DNA of 64,000 nt from Nannocystis bainbridge (GCF_028368995.1 NZ_JAQNDL010000001.1:384001-448000); one strand, 5' to 3'. Shown: positions 21,050 to 33,320, counted from the first letter of the stretch. The notes: generated by a model not told the origin, from the sequence alone. Program-made: numbers and translations.

Positions 21050-23050
21050 ATGACGACCCCGCCGAAAAGACCTGTCCCCGAGGACAGCGAAGCGACGAGC
21101 CCCGCCGGCCCGCCGTCTTCGCCTGTCCCGGAGGACAGCCTAAGCGCGGTCGTCGCGGAGGACAGCCTCGGCGCGGTGGTCCCCCGCGCGCACGGACCCG
21201 AGGCGCCGCCGCCACCTGTCCCCGAGGCCAGTCGCGCGAGCCCCTCTTCGTCATCACCTGTCCCCGAGGACAGCCACGGCGCCGCGCTGCCCTCATCACA
21301 TGTCCCCGAGGACAGCCCACGCGAGGCTCCCGCGGAGGCCCGTGCGGCCGCTCCCGACGCGCCATCTGTCCCCGAGGACAGCCCCGCTTCGCCTCGCGAG
21401 ATCGTCATCCCTCGGCTCGAGGAGCGGCTGAGCGTCGGCGCTCGCGTGCGCGAGCAGGGCCGCGTGCGCGTCGACAAGACCGTCGACGCCCGCGACCAGC
21501 AGGTCGAGCTCGCCAGCGTCGAGGAGCACGTGGTCAGCTGGCGGGTCCCGATCGGTCGCCCGGTCGAGGCCCCGGCGCCGGTCCGCCGCGAGGGCGACAC
21601 CTTGATCCTGCCGGTCCACGAGGAGGTCGTGGTCGTGCAGAAGCAACTCGTCCTCCGCGAGGAGCTGCACATCCGCGTGCATCGCGTGCCCCTCCACGAG
21701 CAGCAGACGCTGCGGCTCCGCGCCGAGGCGATCTCTGTCACCCACAACCGAACCACCCCAGGAGAAGCCGCCATGAAAACCGTCATCGGTCTGTTCGACG
21801 ATTTTACCGACGCGCAGGCCGTCGTCACCGCCCTGCTCAAGCGCAACATCGATCGCGCGGACGTGAGCGTCGTCGCCAACAACCTCGAGAACATCCCGAT
21901 CAACCTCGACAAAGATCCGTCCGAGGGGCGCCACGAGGCGATGGCCGAGAGCGCCAAGACCGGCGCCGGCACCGGCGCGATCGTCGGCACCGGCGTCGGC
22001 GGTGTGCTCGGCTTCCTCGCCGGCATCGGCTCGATCTTCATCCCCGGCGTCGGCCCGATCGTCGCCGCCGGCCCGCTGCTCGCGGCCCTCACCGGCGCCG
22101 GCGTCGGGGCTGCCGCCGGCGCCGCGCTCGGCGGCCTCGTCGGCGCGCTGACCCAGGCCGGCGTGCCCGAGCACGACGCCCACTTCTACGCCGAGGCCGT
22201 GCGCCGCGGCGGCACCCTCGTGCTCGTGCAGTCCGCGGACGAGCGCGCCTCCGACGTCGCCTCGATGATGAGCGGCGCGGGCGCGGTCGACGTCGATCGC
22301 CGCCGCGAACACTTCCACGCCACCGGCTACAAGGGCTACGAGCCGACGACCAAGCCGTACACGATGGAGCAGGTGTCGCGCGAGCGTCAGACCTACCGCG
22401 CCCAGCCGGCCGCCACCGGGGCGACCATGCGGACGCAGCAACCGGCGCCCTCGCAGGGTCAGCGGCCGACCGAGGCGTCGGGCACGATCGGCGCCAAGGG
22501 CACGACCGGCGCGGCGCAGAAGATGGAGCAGCCGCACTTCAAGGACGCCTCGATGGAGATGAAGGTCGTCGAGGAGGACCTGCTGGTCGGCAAGCGCGTC
22601 GTCGAACACGGCCGCGTCCGCGTCTACGCGCGGGTCACCGAGCGCCCGGTCGAGGAGCAGGTCAGCCTGCGCGAGGAGCACGTGACGGTGAAGCGCCGGC
22701 CCGTCGACCGCCCGGCCACCGGCGAGGACATGGGCGCCTTCCGCGAGTCCTCCATGGAGATGACCGAGTACGCCGAGGAGGCCGTGGTCGCCAAGGAGGC
22801 GCGCGTGGTCGAGGAGGTCGTGGTCGGCCGCGAGGTCGAGACGCGCACCGAGACCGTGCGCGACAAGGTGCGGCGCACCGACGTCGAGGTCGTCGAGGAG
22901 CCGACGCCGGCCACGACGGTCTCGACCACGCCGATGCACAAGGTCGCCGGCACCGCCCAGCCCGCCCAGCCCGCCCAGCCCGCCGCCACCAACCGGCCGA
23001 TGCCGCCGCCGCCGCCGCAGGGGCAGAAGCGACGCGCCTCCGGCAGTTGA
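21050..23050 (+). CDS. YsnF/AvaK (DUF2382) + general-stress-protein-like + YsnF protein; probable second in-frame start at 21773
   Basis: EERLSVG..V...GRVRV.K and [18 protein letters not shown] domains; Gly-zipper [15 protein letters not shown]; AGGAG RBS before ATG 21773. Confidence 0.8.
   Translation: MTTPPKRPVPEDSEATSPAGPPSSPVPEDSLSAVVAEDSLGAVVPRAHGPEAPPPPVPEASRASPSSSSPVPEDSHGAALPSSHVPEDSPREAPAEARAAAPDAPSVPEDSPASPREIVIPRLEERLSVGARVREQGRVRVDKTVDARDQQVELASVEEHVVSWRVPIGRPVEAPAPVRREGDTLILPVHEEVVVVQKQLVLREELHIRVHRVPLHEQQTLRLRAEAISVTHNRTTPGEAAMKTVIGLFDDFTDAQAVVTALLKRNIDRADVSVVANNLENIPINLDKDPSEGRHEAMAESAKTGAGTGAIVGTGVGGVLGFLAGIGSIFIPGVGPIVAAGPLLAALTGAGVGAAAGAALGGLVGALTQAGVPEHDAHFYAEAVRRGGTLVLVQSADERASDVASMMSGAGAVDVDRRREHFHATGYKGYEPTTKPYTMEQVSRERQTYRAQPAATGATMRTQQPAPSQGQRPTEASGTIGAKGTTGAAQKMEQPHFKDASMEMKVVEEDLLVGKRVVEHGRVRVYARVTERPVEEQVSLREEHVTVKRRPVDRPATGEDMGAFRESSMEMTEYAEEAVVAKEARVVEEVVVGREVETRTETVRDKVRRTDVEVVEEPTPATTVSTTPMHKVAGTAQPAQPAQPAATNRPMPPPPPQGQKRRASGS
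21068..21384. repeat. Intragenic CCTGTCCCCGAGGACAGC repeats encoding PVPEDS
   Basis: Copies near 21071, 21122, 21215, 21257, 21299, 21365, plus degenerate ones. Confidence 0.9.
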
Positions 23051-23171
23051 ACCGCTTACCCGCGAGGGTTTCGGCGATAGGCCGGGCCCTCGCCGGACAT
23101 GCCCGTAAGAACATGTCCGCTCCCGCCGCGTCCCGCCAGGGACGCGGATTTTTTCGCTATCCTCGCGCGCG

Positions 23172-26100
23172 GTGCCGCCCGTGATCGCCTTCGCCGCCGT
23201 GCTCGTCGCGTTCGCGCGGCGCTGGCACGTGCGCTGCGGCCCGCTCGCCTGCGCCGAGTCGCTCGCCCTCGTCGCCGCCGTCGCGCTCGGCGGGCTCGGC
23301 CTGCTCGCCGCGCTGCTGGCCGTCGCCGGCATCTTCTCGGCCCCGTCGTTCTCGTTCACCGCGTTCGCCCTGGCGGTCCTCGCCTGGCCTTGGGGACAGC
23401 GAGCGCCCGCGCGCCGCACCGCCCGCGACCTGCCGCGCGCCGCCGGCCTGCTCGCGCTGCTGCTCGTCGCCGCCGCCCTGCGCTGGCCGCCGATCCCCGC
23501 CGACCTCGGCGGCCGCGATCAGGGCACCTACGTGCTCCGCGCCCGCCACACCCTGCGCACCGGCCGGACCGGCCACACCGACCCGGTCCTCGCCCGCGCC
23601 GGCGCCGAGGCCGAGCTGCGACCTGGCCCCGGGGACATCCTCGGCCTCTACCACGCCGATCGCAGCCCCGCCCGCGTCGGCCGCTACGAGGGCGCCTATC
23701 GCCCCGGCTTTTACCTCACCCGCCGCGACGACGGCGAGGTCGTGCCGCAGTTCCTGCACCTCCACCCGTCGCTGCTGGCGCTGTTCGGCCTGGTCTTTGG
23801 GCCATGGTCGATGGGACTGGTCGCACCGCTCGCCGGCGTGCTCTCGGCGCTCGCGCTGTGGGCCCTCGGCGAGCGCCTGTGGCCGCGCGCCGGCGCCTCG
23901 TGGCTGGCCGCCGGCCTGTTCACGCTGTCGCCGATCGCCGTGTGGACCGCCCGCACCCCGCTCACCGAGTCACTCACCGGCCTGCTGCTGCTCGCCGCCG
24001 CCCTCGCGGTCGCCCGCGGCCTCGCATCACGCGACCCCCCCCGCGAAGCTGCCGACGCCAGCAGCGGCTCACGCACCTCCCTCCCCACGTCGGCCGCCCG
24101 CAGCTCCGATCCCGCCGCCAGCTCCGTCCCCGACGCCGCACCGCGCTCCGACCCCGCGCACGGCCTCGAGCTCACCGCCGCCCTGCTGCTCGGCCTCGCC
24201 GGCTTCGTGCGCGGCAACCTGTGGCTGTCCGCCCCGGCCCTGCTCGCCGTCCTGTGGCTGCGCCCCGGACCTGGCCCTCGCCGCATGTCCGCGCCGACCT
24301 TGCTGCTCGGTCTGCTGCTCGCCAGCCTCGCGCTCCACCTCGCCACCGGGTACCCGTACCTTCACGACGAGTTCAAGCGCCAGCTCGGCCCCGTCGCCGC
24401 GCTCTCGGCCGGCGGCGCCCTCGTCCTCGGCGCCGTGGCGATCGCCATCTACCTCGCCCTCGACGCCGCCCTCGATCGCCTCCGCGGCCGCGTGCGCCGG
24501 CTCCCGCTCGTGCTCGCCGTGCTCGCCGCCCTCGGCGCTCTCGCCTGGCTGCTCCTGCGCGCCCCCGGCCCGCCGTGGAGCCGCCTCGACCCGGCGCTGC
24601 CGCTGCTCGGTGTCCCGCTCCTGCTCGCCGCCGGCCTCGGCCTGGTCGTGTTCGCCCGCCTGCGCCCCGTCGCCACCACGCCGATCGTCTGGCTGCTCGC
24701 GCTCGCCACCCTCCCCGTCACCGCCCTCGCCCTCTACGCCCAGCGCAACCTGCCCCAGGTCGGCCTCTACTACTACGGCCGCTACCTCGTGCCCGAGCTG
24801 CTGCCGGCCGCCTGCCTGCTGGCCGCACTCGCGCTCATGCATGTCCATCGGGCCATGTCCCGAAGGACCGGTCTCTCGCGACATGCGCGAAAGGTCAGCC
24901 TCGTCCTCGGCCTCGGCCTGCTGGTCGCCCAGGCCCTGCCTTACCTGCGCCACCCGGCCACCCGCCTGCAGGAGTTCGCCGGCGCCGAGCGGCTGATCGA
25001 CGACCTCGCCGCCGAGCTGCCCGAGCGCGCCGTCGTGCTCGCCGGCGGCGAGGGCTGGCACCACGTCCACGTGTTCAGCCAGCTGGGCGGCGCGCTCGCC
25101 TTCGGCCACGGCCGCACCGTCCTGCCCTACCGCAGCCGCGAGGCCGCCTACGCCGCGCTTCACGAGCTCCTCGTCGCCGGGCCCGCCGCCAGCGGCGACG
25201 ATCCGCCGCCCGTCTACCTCCTGCTGGGCGAGGCCACCCACCCGCTGCGCCTGCCCGGCCAGGCCGCCCCGCTCGCGCTCGTCGACGACCTCCTGCCGCC
25301 GCCGTTCGTCGCCCGTCCTGTCGCCTTCGCCGAGCTCTACCTCGACCGCCTCACCCCCGTCGATGACCGGCTCCCCGACCGCGTCACCCGCACCGACCTG
25401 CGCGTCGGCCTGCTCGAGGTCCGCGTCGACCCGGCCCGGCGCGCCGCCGTCCGCAGCTGGCGGATCGACGCCGGCCGCGCCGTCGGACCTGGCCCTTTGA
25501 ACCTGTCCTCTTATTACTTGCCCGACGGACAGACCTGCCTCGACCTCGAGCACCCGCTGGTCCTCGACCTCCCGCCCGGCGACGGCCCCGGCTCGCTCGT
25601 GCTCGTCGCCCAGCCCGGCGGCGACACCCCCGCCTGGCGGATCGTCGTCGACGGTCAGCCCGTCGCCCTCGATCCGCCTGGCCCCGGCCCCGCGCGCGCC
25701 CGCGACACTCTCGGCCCGATCGCCTTCGCTGCGCCCCCGCGCCGCGTCGAGCTGTGGGGCAGCCCCCGCCCGCGCGACGACCTCGCCTGCCCTCACGGCG
25801 GTCTCGCCGAGGTCCGCCTGCTCGGCCCCGATCGCGGCCCCGACGAACCCACCCCGGCCTGGGCCCGCACCTACAGCCCGCCGCACGACCTCGGCCACCG
25901 CGTCACCCCGGCCCGCTTCGCCCCCGGCCGGGCCCTCACGCGCCTGCGCTCCGGCCTGGACCGCGCCCGCGAGCTCGACGGCCCCTCGCTGGTGGTCCGC
26001 GCCGGCGACCCGCTGACCTTCCCCATCGAACATGTCCCGAGCGCCAGCTCGATCAGCCTCGCCGTGACCCTCCGCGGCACTCGCCTGAGCCCGTCCGGCC

Positions 26101-26300
26101 GCGTGCGCGTGCTCGCCGACGACGCGCTGCTGCTCGAGCTCGACCCCCCCGACGAGCAGCCCGGCGTGTGGCACTCGCCGCCGACGAGCGTCGCCCTGCC
26201 TGGCCCGGCCCCGCGGCTGCGGGTGGAAGTCCACGATCCCGAGCGCCCCGACGCCCACGTCGCCGTCCGCGACCTGGTGCTGTTCGCCACGCCCGACTGA
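23172..26300 (+). CDS. Multi-TM membrane protein, GT-C/PMT-like glycosyltransferase
   Basis: DQGTY loop motif, VPQF, R..LTE, YYGRYLVP, many TM helices, C-terminal beta domains. Confidence 0.7.
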   Translation: MPPVIAFAAVLVAFARRWHVRCGPLACAESLALVAAVALGGLGLLAALLAVAGIFSAPSFSFTAFALAVLAWPWGQRAPARRTARDLPRAAGLLALLLVAAALRWPPIPADLGGRDQGTYVLRARHTLRTGRTGHTDPVLARAGAEAELRPGPGDILGLYHADRSPARVGRYEGAYRPGFYLTRRDDGEVVPQFLHLHPSLLALFGLVFGPWSMGLVAPLAGVLSALALWALGERLWPRAGASWLAAGLFTLSPIAVWTARTPLTESLTGLLLLAAALAVARGLASRDPPREAADASSGSRTSLPTSAARSSDPAASSVPDAAPRSDPAHGLELTAALLLGLAGFVRGNLWLSAPALLAVLWLRPGPGPRRMSAPTLLLGLLLASLALHLATGYPYLHDEFKRQLGPVAALSAGGALVLGAVAIAIYLALDAALDRLRGRVRRLPLVLAVLAALGALAWLLLRAPGPPWSRLDPALPLLGVPLLLAAGLGLVVFARLRPVATTPIVWLLALATLPVTALALYAQRNLPQVGLYYYGRYLVPELLPAACLLAALALMHVHRAMSRRTGLSRHARKVSLVLGLGLLVAQALPYLRHPATRLQEFAGAERLIDDLAAELPERAVVLAGGEGWHHVHVFSQLGGALAFGHGRTVLPYRSREAAYAALHELLVAGPAASGDDPPPVYLLLGEATHPLRLPGQAAPLALVDDLLPPPFVARPVAFAELYLDRLTPVDDRLPDRVTRTDLRVGLLEVRVDPARRAAVRSWRIDAGRAVGPGPLNLSSYYLPDGQTCLDLEHPLVLDLPPGDGPGSLVLVAQPGGDTPAWRIVVDGQPVALDPPGPGPARARDTLGPIAFAAPPRRVELWGSPRPRDDLACPHGGLAEVRLLGPDRGPDEPTPAWARTYSPPHDLGHRVTPARFAPGRALTRLRSGLDRARELDGPSLVVRAGDPLTFPIEHVPSASSISLAVTLRGTRLSPSGRVRVLADDALLLELDPPDEQPGVWHSPPTSVALPGPAPRLRVEVHDPERPDAHVAVRDLVLFATPD

Positions 26301-26374
26301 ACATCGTTACCTGTCGTCAGGGACATCCGCCCTGCGCTTGACCCGCCGCCGACCGCCGCGGTACCCCGGGTGCG

Positions 26375-26677
26375 ATGTTCCGCCCGACCCCCCTCAAGCT
26401 GATCCTCGGCCTCGTGCTGGTCGGCGCCACCTACTTCGTGGCCGCCAACTCGCACATGGACATCTTCCCCTGCAAGAAGACCCGCGAGGACCTGGTAACC
26501 CGTCGCCTCGTGACCGACGAGTCCACCTGCAGCATCCTGCAGACCCACGGCGACTACTACCAGCCGCCGGAGAGCGCCAAGCTCACCGAGGCCGGCTGGG
26601 CCACCGCCGTGGTCGTGATCGGCCTGGTCCCCCTGCTGCTCGGCTTCGCCATCGGCTCCCGCTTCTCGAAGAAGTGA
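26375..26677 (+). CDS. Small two-TM membrane protein
   Basis: Two hydrophobic helices flanking a Cys-pair loop; strong GC3. Confidence 0.75.
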   Translation: MFRPTPLKLILGLVLVGATYFVAANSHMDIFPCKKTREDLVTRRLVTDESTCSILQTHGDYYQPPESAKLTEAGWATAVVVIGLVPLLLGFAIGSRFSKK

Positions 26678-26752
26678 GCCTGCCCTCGAGGACATGCCTG
26701 AACGGACATGTCCCCTTCGCCATGCCCGATCGGGCATGTCCCTTCAGACATC
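26676..26752. repeat. 14-bp-period array, 6 units
   Basis: Cores at 26679, 26693, 26707, 26721, 26735, 26749 between convergent genes. Confidence 0.92.
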
Positions 26753-26784
26753 GGTGGCGAGCGCTGCCCCGCCGCGCTCGCCGC

Positions 26785-28113
26785 TCACTCCCCGCCAGGC
26801 GAGCGGTTGAGCCAGAAGAACACCCGGCCCTCGCTGCCGACCTTCAGCACCGCGCCGATGTCGATGCGGCCGTCGCCGTCGTAGTCGAGCGGCTCGAGGT
26901 CGACGATCTCGCCGCTGACCTCGCCTGCGGGCGCCAGCGCGTACTCGACCTGTCCGGGCGTCAGATCGGGGGTGCGGACCAGCACGCTGATCGCGTTGAG
27001 GCCGGTGCCGTCGACGTCGTGGGCCACCGCGACATCGACCTCGCCGTCGCCGGTGAAGTCGCCGAGCACCGCGTCGCGGATCTCCTGGCCGACCTCGAAG
27101 AACTGCGGCGCTTCGAACAAGAGCGGCTCGCTGCGGCGCTGGCGGACCACCGAGATCCCGCGGGCCGTCGGGTGCACCGCGACCAGGTCGACATCGCCGT
27201 CGCCGTCGAGGTCGTCGAGCAGAACCCGGCGGATCTCGTAGTGTGACAGCGGGATGTCGAGGCGCTCGGCCTCGTCGGCCTTCATGGTGAACGCGTCCTT
27301 GCTCACCAGGTAGATCGCCAGCGACTCGTGCTCGCTGTCCTTCGGCCTGTGCGCGGCCACGATGTCCTCGAACCCGAGCCCGTCGAGCTGGGCGACGTTG
27401 ACCGCGTGGATCCCGGTGAGCTCCGGGATCTGCAGCCCCACCCGGCGCTGCAGCGCGAACAGGGCCCCGTCGTCGGCCGCGACCACGATCCCGTCGAGCG
27501 GCTCCTCGTCGGGCTTGTCCTTCGGCGCCGGTCCGCTCTCGCAGCCGATCGCCAGGCCGGTCGTCTTCTCCACCCCGACCACGTCGAGCGTCTCGATGCT
27601 GTTCGGCGCCGGGCAGTTGCCCCACGGCACCAGCGTCGCCGCGTCGAACTGCTCCGGCGACGTGCGCGCGAACATGTCGCCGCCGTTGTGGAACCCGAAC
27701 ACCTTGCCGGCCGTGCCGGTCGCCGGCGTGCCCGCGGTCACCCCGAGCAGGTCGTCGCCGTGGCCCTCGCCGAAGAAGCGGGCCGCCGCGATCGCCTCGA
27801 TGCGGCCCGCCATCTCGAGCTCGGCGCTGAGCTCGGTCTTCTGCGCGCGCGTCGTGTGGATCTGGATGCGCCCGAGGTCGAGCAGCACCGCGAAGTCGTT
27901 GTCCACGCCCTCGTCGTCGAAGTCGCCGCGCAGCAGCCGACGCGGCGCGATCGGCAGCTCCAGCGGCGCCCCGGCGCGCGGCATGCACACGTGATGCGGC
28001 GTGTGCAGCCCGCCCTCGCCCGCGTTCGCCCCGCAGTCGGGCAGCGGTTCGACCTGAAAGCAGCTGGCCGCCGCGATCGCGGCGACGGGGAGCGAACTGA
28101 GACGCGCGCGCAT
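26785..28113 (-). CDS. FG-GAP/VCBS repeat lipoprotein
   Basis: AASC lipobox, DLDGDGDVD/DFTGDGEVD repeats, GGAGG RBS. Confidence 0.85.
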   Translation of the reverse strand: MRARLSSLPVAAIAAASCFQVEPLPDCGANAGEGGLHTPHHVCMPRAGAPLELPIAPRRLLRGDFDDEGVDNDFAVLLDLGRIQIHTTRAQKTELSAELEMAGRIEAIAAARFFGEGHGDDLLGVTAGTPATGTAGKVFGFHNGGDMFARTSPEQFDAATLVPWGNCPAPNSIETLDVVGVEKTTGLAIGCESGPAPKDKPDEEPLDGIVVAADDGALFALQRRVGLQIPELTGIHAVNVAQLDGLGFEDIVAAHRPKDSEHESLAIYLVSKDAFTMKADEAERLDIPLSHYEIRRVLLDDLDGDGDVDLVAVHPTARGISVVRQRRSEPLLFEAPQFFEVGQEIRDAVLGDFTGDGEVDVAVAHDVDGTGLNAISVLVRTPDLTPGQVEYALAPAGEVSGEIVDLEPLDYDGDGRIDIGAVLKVGSEGRVFFWLNRSPGGE

Positions 28114-28122
28114 GGACCTCCG

Positions 28123-28974
28123 CTAGAACGCCACCGCCAGGCCACCCGGCCGCACCTGGGCGCGCCGCGGCCCGGCCCGGTCGCCGCGCACCGCGTCGAC
28201 CACCACCAGCGCCACGCCTGCCAGCGCCAGCGCCCCGCCGACCCCGATGCCCACGAACGCCAGCGTGCGCGCCGATTGATAGTGATCGGCATACAGCTGC
28301 TCGCGCCCCGAGGGCAGCGGCACGTACTGACCCTCCTCGCGCCGCTGATCGTCGATGCGCCCGGCGCTGACCAGCCCGGCCGCGCCGAGACCTGTCCCGA
28401 GGGCCAGGCCCGCGCCGATCAGCGCGTAGCCGGCGATCCCGGGCGCGCGCGGGCGATACGGCTGCGCCTGCTTCGACTCGAGCTCCGGCCCCGGCGCCGG
28501 CCTTTCGGGCTGCGTCGCGCCCCCCGCCGGCGGCATCGCGGCCAGCTGGGCGTCGATCGCCGCCACCCGGGCGCGCGCGTCGCGGGCGTCGCTGCCGGCC
28601 GCCTCGCTGATCTTGGCGAAGTTGAGGAACAGCACCCGCGCTCGCCGCAGGTACGCCGGATCGGGCTCGACCTCGTGGCGCTTGCTGTACGCCTGACCGA
28701 GGTTGTAGAGCAGCGCCTCGGCGCGGCTCAGCTCGTACGCCGCCTCGAACTTCTCGAGCGCCACCTCGAACTTGCCGAGGTTGTAGGCCTGCGAGCCCTC
28801 CTCGAACAGCCGCTGCGCCTCCGCCTCATCGGTGCTCGCCGCTGGCCCCTGGCGCGCCGCCGCCGGCCCCGGGGCGGCCGCCGCGAGGCTCAGGGCGATC
28901 GCCGCGACCAGCCGAAAAAACCGCGTCTGCGCGAGGATTCGGCCGTTCTGACGCCTCCGTCCGCGCGAGAGCAC
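28123..28974 (-). CDS. TPR-containing exported protein; start uncertain
   Basis: A..LFEEG..AY..G.F..A...F..AY, LLYNLGQAY, two C-terminal TM helices, terminal aromatic residue. Confidence 0.8.
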   Translation of the reverse strand: MLSRGRRRQNGRILAQTRFFRLVAAIALSLAAAAPGPAAARQGPAASTDEAEAQRLFEEGSQAYNLGKFEVALEKFEAAYELSRAEALLYNLGQAYSKRHEVEPDPAYLRRARVLFLNFAKISEAAGSDARDARARVAAIDAQLAAMPPAGGATQPERPAPGPELESKQAQPYRPRAPGIAGYALIGAGLALGTGLGAAGLVSAGRIDDQRREEGQYVPLPSGREQLYADHYQSARTLAFVGIGVGGALALAGVALVVVDAVRGDRAGPRRAQVRPGGLAVAF

Positions 28975-29132
28975 GCCCGACGCTACCACCTCCGGCGAAG
29001 CAGCGACAAGCGGGCTGCGTCCGCCCCGCGCGTTATCGACCGCACGCGCGCACCGGCGCCGCCCGACCTTCACGGCCGCGGGCCGACAGTGCCACACTGC
29101 ACCTCCGGCGCCCGTGCGCGCACGGAGCCGCG

Positions 29133-30821
<1,689 letters not shown>

Positions 30822-30868
30822 GCGCGGTGATGACACGCGCGCTCGGCCGGGCGGTTACACTGCCCCGC

Positions 30869-31645
30869 ATGTCGAACGCACCGCTCGCGCTCATCACCGG
30901 GGCTGGCCGCGGCATCGGTCGCGCCGTCGCCGAGGCGCTCGCGCCGAACCACACCCTCCTGCTCGCCGGCCGCGACCGCGACGTCCTCGCGCGCACCGCC
31001 GCCGAGCTCGGCGCTCCGCACGGCGCCCACGTCCTCGGCGTCGACCTCGGCGAACCGGCCGCTCGCCGCTCCTTCCTGTCCGAAGTGACAGGTCTCGAAG
31101 GCCAGCTCGGCGCGCGGGTCCAGGTCCTCGTCAACAACGCCGGCGCCGCCCACTCCGCCCCGCTCGCGCGCACCGGCGACGACGACTGGGCCCGCCTGTT
31201 CGAGCTCAACTGCACCGCCCCGTTCGTCCTGACCCGCGCCCTCGTGCCCGGCATGATCGCCGGCGGCTGGGGCCGGATCGTCAACGTCGCCTCGACCGCC
31301 GCCCTCAAGGGCTACGCGTACACGGCCGCCTACTCGGCCAGCAAGGCCGGTCTGCTCGGCTGGACCCGCGCCCTCGCCGTCGAGCTGGCGGCCAAGGAAG
31401 TCACCGTCAACGCCGTCTGCCCCGGCTTCACCGACACCGACATCGTCGCCGACGCCGCCCGCAACATCCAGGCCACCACCGGCCGCAGCGAGGACGACGC
31501 CCGCAAGGCGCTGGCCCGCTTCTCGCCGCAGGGCCGGCTGCGCAGCCCGGCCGAGGTCGCCGACCTGATCGCCTGGCTCGTGCGCCCGGGCGCCGGCGGC
31601 GTCACCGGTCAGGCGCTGGCGATCGACGGCGGCGAGACGGCCTGA
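30869..31645 (+). CDS. Short-chain dehydrogenase/reductase
   Basis: TGAGRGIG, NNAG, YSASK, VCPGFTDT. Confidence 0.94.
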   Translation: MSNAPLALITGAGRGIGRAVAEALAPNHTLLLAGRDRDVLARTAAELGAPHGAHVLGVDLGEPAARRSFLSEVTGLEGQLGARVQVLVNNAGAAHSAPLARTGDDDWARLFELNCTAPFVLTRALVPGMIAGGWGRIVNVASTAALKGYAYTAAYSASKAGLLGWTRALAVELAAKEVTVNAVCPGFTDTDIVADAARNIQATTGRSEDDARKALARFSPQGRLRSPAEVADLIAWLVRPGAGGVTGQALAIDGGETA

Positions 31646-31725
31646 CCGAAGGGCCAGGTCTCGGCCGCAGCCCGTGCCCGCCGCGCCAACGGCAGCTCTG
31701 CCCGCGCCTGCCGGCGCACCAGCGG

Positions 31726-31818
31726 GCGCCTGTACGATCGCACATGCACGAAGGGGCAGGTCCCGAAGTACCTGCCCCTTTCGCCATGGCCCGAGGGACA
31801 TGCCCTCGCGGACAGCCG
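31726..31818. repeat. 14-bp-period array, 7 units
   Basis: Cores at 31729, 31743, 31757, 31771, 31785, 31799, 31813; an extra pair at 31641/31655. Confidence 0.9.
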
Positions 31819-31831
31819 CGATCAGCCGCGA

Positions 31832-33295
31832 TCAGCCGACCTTGTCCCAGCCCTTCTTGATGTTCTCGCCGACCATCTCGTCGCCGATCTTGAGCGCCTC
31901 GCCGAGCGTCGGCGCCAGCCGGACCTCGCGCTCGAGCGGCGTCTTGCGGCCGGCCGAGAAGTCGGTCCAGTGGACCACGAAGGCCGGGTAGTTGGGGTCG
32001 GCCTTGTCCTTGTTGGTGCGCCAGATGACGAGCTTGCGGACCGCCTGCTGGCCCTTCGCGCTCTTGGCGTAGACCTCGCGGCGGATCACCTCGGAGGCCG
32101 GCAGGACCAGGCGCTCGGCCTTCTTGTTGAGGCTGTCGATCTGGACCCGCTCGAGCACCTGGGCCACGCGGATGTCGACCGGGTTGACGGTCTTGTCGCT
32201 GCGGATGCGCGAGAACACCGGGTGGAGGATCGACACGCCGGGCATCTCCCGGATCGTGCGCCAGCCGGTCTGCGAGTGCTCGAGCACCATGCGGAGGATC
32301 GGGTCGCCGCTCGAGTCCTCGCCCTGGATGTCGGTGACCTTGACCTCGATCACCGTCTCCGGTGGGACGAACCGGTACAGCGCGCCCTTGCTGTTGGCGT
32401 AGCGGTAGTTCGACGCCACGGCCTTGCCGGACATCTGCTGGTAGAACGACTTGCGCTGCTCGGTCGGCATGTTGCCGCAGGCGCCGATGACCTGGAACTG
32501 GCCGTCGTCGCGCATCATCGCCAGCAGCAGCGAGCCGACCGCCTCGGGCTCGTCCGAGCTGTCGGTGTAGCCGATGATCGCCGCGTCGATGTCGATCGTC
32601 GGCTTGAGCTTGAAGACCAGGTTGTCGGCGGTGCGGACCACCAGGCCCTCGCCCTTGCCGCCCTCGACCCACTCGTTCCAGCGCTGCATGATCTGCTCGG
32701 CGCCGGTCGCAGCCTCGGTCTTGATCGCCTGCAGCCGCTTGCCGCCGGCCAGCAGCCGCTGGCACAGCGCCAGGCGGTCGACGTACAGCGGCGGCCGCTG
32801 CGGCGCCTCGGCGTCGCCGCCGTGCAGCACGTCGAACGCGAAGTACGCCATGCGCTCGACCTGCGCCTGCGCCTCGCCGCCCATCGCCGACCCGAGGTCG
32901 CCGACGCGCGGCCGGCCCTGGCCCGGCGCCTTGGCGGCGAACAGCTCGCCCGCCAGCACCGTGCGGCCCTGCTTGCGCCCGAGCGCCGCCTTGGCCTCGA
33001 GCAGCACCGGCACGTCGCCCGAGACCACGCGGCCGGTCGGCGAGCACAGGATCGCCTGCTGCTCGTCGAGCACCAGGAACCACAGCTCGCCGTCGACCTT
33101 CGGCGACACCTGCAGCACGCCCGGCGGGACCGACCCGCGGGCCAGGTCCTCGAAGGGCAGCGCGCGGTAGCTGCCGGCCACGGCGCGCTTGTAGTTGCGG
33201 AACATGGCCGCCAGCTCGGTATCGAGCAGGCTGCCGGCCGGGCTCTGCTTGCCCTTGCCGAGCGGACGGGCGCTGTCGGTGGAGAACAGGCTCAT
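31832..33295 (-). CDS. ATP-dependent DNA-ligase-fold protein (adenylation + OB) with C-terminal WGR-like domain
   Basis: Motif I KVDG, III LAGEL, IIIa FAFDVL, IV GEGLVV, V FKLKP, OB GSLLL, VI HPVFSRIRSDK; ends ENIKKGW. Confidence 0.85.
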   Translation of the reverse strand: MSLFSTDSARPLGKGKQSPAGSLLDTELAAMFRNYKRAVAGSYRALPFEDLARGSVPPGVLQVSPKVDGELWFLVLDEQQAILCSPTGRVVSGDVPVLLEAKAALGRKQGRTVLAGELFAAKAPGQGRPRVGDLGSAMGGEAQAQVERMAYFAFDVLHGGDAEAPQRPPLYVDRLALCQRLLAGGKRLQAIKTEAATGAEQIMQRWNEWVEGGKGEGLVVRTADNLVFKLKPTIDIDAAIIGYTDSSDEPEAVGSLLLAMMRDDGQFQVIGACGNMPTEQRKSFYQQMSGKAVASNYRYANSKGALYRFVPPETVIEVKVTDIQGEDSSGDPILRMVLEHSQTGWRTIREMPGVSILHPVFSRIRSDKTVNPVDIRVAQVLERVQIDSLNKKAERLVLPASEVIRREVYAKSAKGQQAVRKLVIWRTNKDKADPNYPAFVVHWTDFSAGRKTPLEREVRLAPTLGEALKIGDEMVGENIKKGWDKVG

Positions 33296-33320
33296 GAAAA
33301 TCTCCGGTCTGTCCGAAAGG

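Noticed and set aside
24030-24165. Short degenerate tandem repeat in the GT-C-like gene
   Set aside because: Looks like an ordinary low-complexity loop expansion (SSDPAA/SSVPDA/RSDPA)
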